From: an uncultured Candidatus Rokubacteria bacterium
Lineage (GTDB): Bacteria > Methylomirabilota > Methylomirabilia > Rokubacteriales > CSP1-6
NCBI GenBank assembly: GCA_963758635.1
Contig: CAVWWD010000003.1
Coordinates: forward strand, 160,001-224,000
Direction: 5' to 3'
DNA length: 64,000 bases
Part shown: in pieces, positions 57,741-64,000 of the stretch
Layout: every line of letters starts with the position of its first letter
How positions within the stretch are numbered: position 1 is the first letter of the stretch
Translations under genes and position numbers: made by a program
The notes under the pieces: generated by a model
The model's database searches: none
The model's input: the letters and a program-made list of their open reading frames with translations, nothing else
Told to the model about the DNA's origin: nothing

Positions 57741-60700
57741 CCCCCGATTCCACCCGCGCCTGGTCGCCATCGCACTCGTCGGGCTCGCCCTGCTCGGCAT
57801 CGACCCCGGGGTCGCGACGTCGAAAGACCGCGAGCATCCTCGCCGCGAGCATCCTCGCCGTCCCACGCCTCCCGTCGCGGAGCCGGTGGTCGACGCGTGG
57901 ACGGCGCACGCGCAGCGCGCCCGAACCCACACGCCCGCGAAGCTGGAGCGGCCCGATCGGCTGCCGAAGCTCAAGACGCCGCGCCTCGGACAGGAGCCGG
58001 GGACGGCGGTCTGCACCGACACCATCCCTCTGCCGCCACCCCCACAATGGGTCTTCTTCGGCGGCAACGACGCCATGGGGGGAGCCGGCTCGTGGCTCGG
58101 AGTCCACCGATACAGTCCCATCAGCCACACGTACCCATGCCCGCGTGCCGAATGAGACGCGCGACCTTTCCGAGCATGCTCGTGCCCCCCGACGGGAACC
58201 AGCCGGCCCTGGTGTTCGCCGATGACGCCGCGCTCGTCCTGGCGAGCGCCACCCCCGCTCATCCGGTCCGGTACACGTTCTGGGGACGGGAGCCGCTCGG
58301 CCTCCAGGAGGATCATGTTTCCCGAGAACGACTTCGACGTGGTCAAGGTGTTCGCCGTGGATGTGATGACGCCGCGTGAGCTGTACGCGGCGGCAGCGGC
58401 GTGTCCCTACTGCCCGCTCGGCGACATCCTCGTGAGCGCAACCGACCAGCCGACGTACAACCCCGTGGGAGCGACGGGCCCGGCCTACCACCGCGTCCAC
58501 AACCTGGCCCACGCGGATCTCACCGGCGCCACCCTCACCGGCATCTTCCACGACTGGGACTTCAGCGGCGCGAACCTGACCGGCGCGAATCTCACCGGCG
58601 TCCGCTTCATGAAGGGCACGCAGCTGGCCGACGCGAACTTCTCGGGCGCCACGCTCGATGACGCCTTGTTCGACGGCGTCGACCTGAGCGGAGCGAACTT
58701 CGAGGGCGCCCGCTGGGACCCGGCCCGGCCGCCGAGGTTCCTGAATGTCAAGGTCGGCCAGTCGGCCTCGGGTGCGTGCACGCGGCTCACCGGACTCGAC
58801 CTGCTCGACGCCCTTTCGAAGTTCTCGTTCGACATTGCGGCTTCTCCGCCTGCCGGGGAGCACCGGGATGTTCCGGGGCTCGCTGGTCCGTCTCGAGGCG
58901 GTCGTTCCGCACCTGGGCCTGATCGACCTGGCCGGCACGTACGTGTATGTCGACGCGACCAACCGCTCGGCCCTGGCCGGCGCCAACCTGAGCTTCCGGA
59001 CTCTCGACGGCATGACGCTGGTCGGCTTCCCGGCCGACCTCACCGGGGCGGTGTTCGACGGTGCGTCGATAATCGGCGCGAGCTTCGATCTGGCGGAGTT
59101 CGCCGGGGCCACGTTCCACGGCGTGAAGGCGCGCCAGGCCTCGTTCCGGGGGGCGCGCTTCAGCGCGCACGGGACGCTGCCGGCCGCATCCTTCGCCGGC
59201 GCGACGAACCTGACCGAGCGCGGACTTCGTCGAGGCCGACGTGAGCGGCGCCAGCTTCGCCGGGGCGACCCTGACCGGCGCCGTGTTCAGCCGGGCCCTC
59301 GCCGCGGGACGACTTCGCCGGGGTCAGCGCCGAGAACGCCAACTTCGCCGAGGCCCACATCTACGGCGACGGCCAGGCCTTCCACCAGGCGACCACGCTG
59401 AGAAGCGCGGACTTCACGGGGGCGCTGCTGGCGGCGGCGTGGTGCAGAGCGGCGGCTTCGACTTCACGCAGGCCGACCTGACCGCAGCCAAGTTCGACCG
59501 GGCGCAGTGCATCGCCTGCGACTTCGCGGGGGCCACGCTCGGGGGCCAGCTTCACGGAGTCATACCTGCCCGGCGTCAACTTCGCCGACGCCCAGCTCGA
59601 CGGGGCGACGCTGTTCGCCGCGTGGCTGTACTGCGGCGACCTCGGCAACACCGGCTGCTCGCCCGTACCCGGCCAGCCGGACCAGTGGCAGTGGCCACTG
59701 GACCTCGGACTGGACGAGGCCTTCGGCCCGGTGCCGTTCCCCAGGCCAAACCTGCCGCCGGCGATCCTGGCCACCGTCACCGTGTGCCCGGACGGCAAGG
59801 CCGGCAGCGAGCGCCGGGCGGATGCGTCGGTCATCTGCTTCCCGATTCGAGCCAGGCCCTGGCGATCCCAGCCCTTGCTCGGCCGCCGGCCTCGGGTCGT
59901 GTCCCGAGCCCGTCTAGACGCTGCTCGGTGACGGCACGGGCCCCCGGCCGCTCGCGACCGCCCCGCCCACCCCCGCGTACTGGGCCACGATCAGCGCGAC
60001 CGACCAGGGCCTGCTCGTGGCGTTCGACGACGGCACCGTGCGCCTGGTGACCGGGCGCCGGCCAGTCGACCGTCGTCGCCGGGACCCCGGGCAAGCTCTG
60101 CGCCGGCTCGGCGTCCTGTGGGGACGGCGGACACGGCGACGGCGGCCCAGCTCGGCCGGCCGACGGGCCTCGCGGTGGACATCGCCGGCGCCGTGTACAT
60201 CGCCGACTCGGCGACGCGGCGCATCCGGCGCGTGGGCGTGGACGGCGTCGATCCGCACGGTCGCCGGCTCCGGCGGGGCCTGCGGCGCCACGGACGCGTG
60301 CGGGGACGGCGCCCGGGCGACCGCCGCGGAGCTCGCTGCTGCCCTGGACGTGTGGGTCGATCCCGTCGGCAATCTCTGGATCGCCGACGGCCCTCGGGGG
60401 ATCCGCCTCGTCACCCGCGACGGGCTCATTCACACGGTCGCCCGACACGAATGGCCGGAACATCGTGTCGGTGACCGGCGACGTCCTCGGGACGCTCTAC
60501 GCGGCGACGCAGGAGCCCGACCACCTGCTGCGGATCACCCATGACGGCGCGGTGAGCGTGGTCGTCGGCACCGGCACGAGCGGCTTCAACGGCAACACGA
60601 ATGCACTTCGGGCTCCTGTTGCCGGGCAACCAGGTGCAGATCAACCGACCCGGAGGTCTGGCCGCGGCCCTGGACGGCACGGTATTCTTCGCCGATTCGG

Positions 60701-60917
60701 GGAACAACCTGCTGCGCGGCTACGCGCCGGGTCGGGCCACGTCGTCGAGGTCGGAGGCCTCATCACGTCGGGCACGCCGCTCGGCGGCTTCAACGGCGAC
60801 GGCCAAGCTGCGGACGAGACCGAGTTCAGCGCGCCGGCCGACATCGCCGTCACCGGGACCGGGCAGTTCGTGGTGGCCGACACCGCGAACGCCCGCGTAC
60901 GGCGGTTCGGGCGATGA
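57737..60917 (+). CDS. Secreted pentapeptide-repeat + NHL-repeat protein (many frameshifts)
   Basis: AGGAG SD, signal [13 protein letters not shown](D/N)(L/F)xG pentapeptides 58500-59620, NHL blades [38 protein letters not shown]. Confidence 0.72.
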
Positions 60918-60959
60918 CGGGGGCCGCCGGAGCAAGATCAGCCGAGCTGGAGCGGGTCG

Positions 60960-61445
60960 CTATCCCGTGCGGAGCGCGTCGGTCACCGGCAGGCGCGCGG
61001 CGCGGAGGGCGGGGAGCAGGCCGCCGAGCATCCCCATCACGAGCGCCCAGGTCAGGCCCTGGGCCAGCAGGCCGCGCGTCACGCGGAAGTCGAAGGCGAC
61101 CTGGGAGAACGTGTTGAAGTTGAGCGTGGAGAGCGAGGCGCCATCGCAGTACACGTAGGCGAGGGCGCCACCCACCACGCCGCCGACGAGGGCGAGAGCC
61201 AGCGCCTCGATCATGACCGAGATCACCACCGGCATCCCGCCGAAGCCGATGGCGCGCAGCGTGGCGATCTCGACCTGGCGGCTGGCGATCGCGGAGTACA
61301 TGCAGTTCAGGGCGTCGAACGTGGCGCCGATCGCCATGAAGATCCCCACGCTGTAGCCGAGCACGGTGATGAGCTTGCCCAGGACCGAGGCCTGCTTGGC
61401 GTAGTACTCGGGCTCGCGCAGCACGCTGATCGACAGGCGCCGGTC
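60960..61445 (-). pseudogene. ABC (FtsX/MacB-type) permease 3' fragment, copy 2
   Basis: EPEYYAKQ...ALNCMYSAIASRQVEIATLRAIGF...PALRAARLPVTDALR; N-terminus missing. Confidence 0.82.
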
Positions 61446-61493
61446 GCATCGGCATCCGGCTGACCGCCACGCCGAGCGTCGGCGTGCAGCCCT
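61446..61493 (+). repeat. Exact 48-bp copy of 49668-49715
   Basis: GCATCGGCATCCGGCTGACCGCCACGCCGAGCGTCGGCGTGCAGCCCT occurs at both sites. Confidence 0.95.
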
Positions 61494-61502
61494 GAGCATC
61501 GC

Positions 61503-61660
61503 TCGGAGTAGCCCCCGAGCAAGCGGACGGCGCTGGCCACGATCGCGTCGAACACCGGCTGCATGTTCGTCTGCGAGCGGCTGATCACGCGGAGGATGTC
61601 GCCGGTGACCGTCTGCGTGTCCAGCGCCGTGGTCAGCTCGCGGTTGCTCGCCTGGAGCTT
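61503..61660 (-). pseudogene. GAF-domain sensor fragment
   Basis: ELTTALDTQTVTGDILRVISRSQTNMQPVFDAIVASAVRL. Confidence 0.72.
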
Positions 61661-61933
61661 GTCGTACTCGAAGAGCACGAAGCGCCCGGTCCGTGGCCCG
61701 AGCGACGTTGTCATGGGCCACGAGTTCTGCGCCGAGGTCGATGGTGGGGGTCGGCGAACTTTACAGCATCAATCGCTCGCCGGCTCGGCGAGACGCCAAC
61801 CGTGCGAAATGCAAATCCATCCTGGCCTGGGATGTTTTCTTGCTACCCTGGGACGGACGCCCTTGGGCCGGGGAGCTCTCGGGCGCGGCCGGAGTCGCGA
61901 ACGTTTGGGCCCCATGGAGGAGCGGAGGTCACC

Positions 61934-62359
61934 ATGCGGGTCACCGAGGAGCCGGTCCAGGTGCCCGGCGTGCTGTTCGTGATCGGCGACGTCGAGCCCC
62001 ACGGGATCGGGGACATCGTCAACTTCTGGGGCGCCCAGTGGTGGAAGAACAACGAGATGAGCGGGTTCGTGAGCAACGGCGTGGCCAGCTTCAAGGGTTT
62101 CGCGACCCAGGCCGACAACTTCTGTGGCGGCACGTGGCGGAGCCGCCCGGGCAACAGCTCGAATCCGCCGGCCACCATCCCTGATTTCGTGGCGATCATC
62201 GTCACGGACACCGTGGTGAAGAACGGGCCGAACATCAGCGGCAACATCAAGGAGATCGTGATCGTGCAGCACGATGGCAACTACGGTCCGAACCCGGGTC
62301 ATCGCGGGGGCGGGCCGGTCACCACCATCGTCTGCCAGAGCAACTCACCGGGCCCGTAG
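61934..62359 (+). CDS. Hypothetical protein; resembles an isolated extracellular C-terminal domain
   Basis: GGAGG SD; FWGAQWWK..SFKGF..RPGNSS.PP..YGPNPGH.G.G; no signal peptide; hairpin follows at 62371-62400. Confidence 0.6.
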   Translation: MRVTEEPVQVPGVLFVIGDVEPHGIGDIVNFWGAQWWKNNEMSGFVSNGVASFKGFATQADNFCGGTWRSRPGNSSNPPATIPDFVAIIVTDTVVKNGPNISGNIKEIVIVQHDGNYGPNPGHRGGGPVTTIVCQSNSPGP

Positions 62360-62570
62360 ACGCGATCGCGGAGAGGCAGGGGCGCCCACCCCTGCCTCTC
62401 CAGGTGGGGGCCCGTGGAGCGTAGGCGGCTCTCGGGCACTCGCGTTCGTTTCGTGGGATGCGCTCGGCGCGACGCGCGAGCCCACCGACCGCCTCCGTCA
62501 CGTCGCGCCGGCGGGCTCCATTGGAACTCGCCCTTGATGAGCGCGAGAAACAACCACTAAGGAGTAAGGA

Positions 62571-64000
62571 TTGGCAACAAGCTATCCTCTATCGCCCATG
62601 CAGCAGGGAATGCTGTTTCATTCCCTTTACAGCCCAGAATCCGGCCACTACGTGCAACAGCTGGTCTGCAAGCTCCCCGAAGCCTTGCATATCTCTGCTT
62701 TTGTGAAGGCCTGGCAGCACATCGTCGCCCTGCATCCCATCCTGAGAAGCGGCTTCCATGTGGGCGCCGGCCGTGAGCCTTACCAGACCGTGCAGACTGG
62801 CATTGAACTCCCTCTGGTCCAACAGGATTGGCGTCGTCTATCCCAAAGTGAACAGATTGAGCGACTGCAAGTCTTCCTCAAGACCGACCTGCAGCAGGGC
62901 TTCGCGCTGGACCAGGCACCTCTGATACGCCTAGCTCTCTTTCGGCTAGCTGACACTCACTATTGCCTCGTTTGGACCTCTCACCACGCGTTGCTTGATG
63001 GTCGCTCCCGCCTCATTCTGCTCAAGCAGCTTTTTGAAGCATACGAGGCTCACTGCCGGAGTCAGTCCCCCACCTTCACCCCGCCTCGGCCCTACCGGGA
63101 CTATATCGACTGGCTATCGCAGCAGGATCAGACCGCGGCCGAGACATTCTGGCGACGGCAGCTCGATGGCTTCACTGCTCCCACGCCACTAGGAGTGGAC
63201 AGGACCGGTTCATCCGTCGCTGATGCTGAAGCATGGCATGGACAGCACAGCCTTCAGCTCTCTCACGCGCTGACTACGGCCCTGCGAAAGCTCGCTCGGC
63301 AGCACGATCTGACGCCTAACACCCTGCTTCAAGGGGCATGGGCCTGGCTTTTGAGCTGTTATAGCGGTGCGGACGAGGTTGTCTTTGGGGTTACCCGGGC
63401 CGGACGGCAATCGTTCTCGGATACGGCGGAGGCAATGGTGGGCTTGTTTATCAACACCCTGCCGCTGCGGGTGCGAATTGCGCCCGAGAGGTCCCTGATC
63501 TCCTGGCTGAAGACGCTGCGGCGGCAGTGGATCGATATGCGCGCATACGAACACACGGCTCTGGCCATGATTCAGCGATGGAGCCAGATTCCGGCCCCCC
63601 AGCCGCTGTTCGAAAGCCTGCTCGTCTTCGAGAATTCCAGCCTCAACGGTGCTTTGCAAGCGCAAGGGGGCCCTTGGCGACACCGGACATTCGATTTGCG
63701 CGGCACAACCAACTATCCCTTGAGCATTACTGGCTACCTCGAACCGGCACTGCTGCTGGAGATCAGCTACGATGGCCGCCGCTTTGATGCGGGCACCATA
63801 CAACGCCTGGGAGACCACCTCCAGACCATTCTGGAAGGCATGGCGGCCCAGCCCCAGGCGCGTCTGGGCGACCTGCCGCTCTTGACTGCCGCAGAACGAC
63901 AGCAACTCCTGGTCACCTGGAATGACACCCGGACAGAATACCCGGCGGATCAGTGTCTGGCCGCGCTTTTCGAGGCCCAGGTAGCGCAAACCCCCGACGC
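62571..64000 (+). CDS. Nonribosomal peptide synthetase, 3'-partial (condensation domain into start of adenylation domain)
   Basis: AAGGAG SD then TTG; YPLSPMQQGMLFH, WTSHHALLDGRS (62973), VGLFINTLPLR, TNYPLSI, WNDT..YP....FEAQVAQTPDA; no stop in the window so absent from the ORF track. Confidence 0.93.
   Translation, partial: MATSYPLSPMQQGMLFHSLYSPESGHYVQQLVCKLPEALHISAFVKAWQHIVALHPILRSGFHVGAGREPYQTVQTGIELPLVQQDWRRLSQSEQIERLQVFLKTDLQQGFALDQAPLIRLALFRLADTHYCLVWTSHHALLDGRSRLILLKQLFEAYEAHCRSQSPTFTPPRPYRDYIDWLSQQDQTAAETFWRRQLDGFTAPTPLGVDRTGSSVADAEAWHGQHSLQLSHALTTALRKLARQHDLTPNTLLQGAWAWLLSCYSGADEVVFGVTRAGRQSFSDTAEAMVGLFINTLPLRVRIAPERSLISWLKTLRRQWIDMRAYEHTALAMIQRWSQIPAPQPLFESLLVFENSSLNGALQAQGGPWRHRTFDLRGTTNYPLSITGYLEPALLLEISYDGRRFDAGTIQRLGDHLQTILEGMAAQPQARLGDLPLLTAAERQQLLVTWNDTRTEYPADQCLAALFEAQVAQTPD

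Noticed and set aside
49902..61445. Duplicated permease segments as a DGR template/variable repeat pair
   Set aside because: No reverse transcriptase is present and the differences are not adenine-specific.
61745..61930. Riboswitch upstream of the 61934 ORF
   Set aside because: No conserved aptamer motif (such as c-di-GMP, SAM or TPP) was recognisable by eye; an Rfam scan would be needed.
63210..63989. 259-aa minus-strand ORF
   Set aside because: It is the antisense shadow of the plus-strand NRPS frame.

Overview
High-GC bacterial chromosomal segment. It is inferred, not verified, to come from a Rokubacteria/Methylomirabilota-like organism, based on gene style such as the orphan ABC_sub_bind protein and the GAF sensor fragment. 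Positions 1-8 kb hold the housekeeping cluster phoH-ybeY-era-recO-glyQS, PBP1A and tyrS. A complete rrn operon (16S-tRNA-Ile-tRNA-Ala-23S-5S) with promoter, boxA sites and terminator lies at 8-13.5 kb. Positions 13.5-48 kb carry membrane, transport and acyl-CoA catabolism genes, a Phd/VapC pair, a decayed integrative-element scar and a citrate synthase-aconitase-PrpF operon. An accessory island at 48-62.5 kb is built from duplicated repeats and gene fragments. It carries an AbrB/VapC pair and an uncharacterised three-gene module: a SARP/BTAD-AAA-TPR regulator, a large Tat-exported protein, and a Sec-exported pentapeptide/NHL-repeat protein. From 62.57 kb an abruptly lower-GC NRPS gene (C domain into A domain), absent from the ORF track, runs off the window. 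Many genes have a -10 box 6-10 nt before the start codon, suggesting leaderless expression. Many single-base frameshifts are probably long-read errors, so boundaries of the affected genes are approximate.
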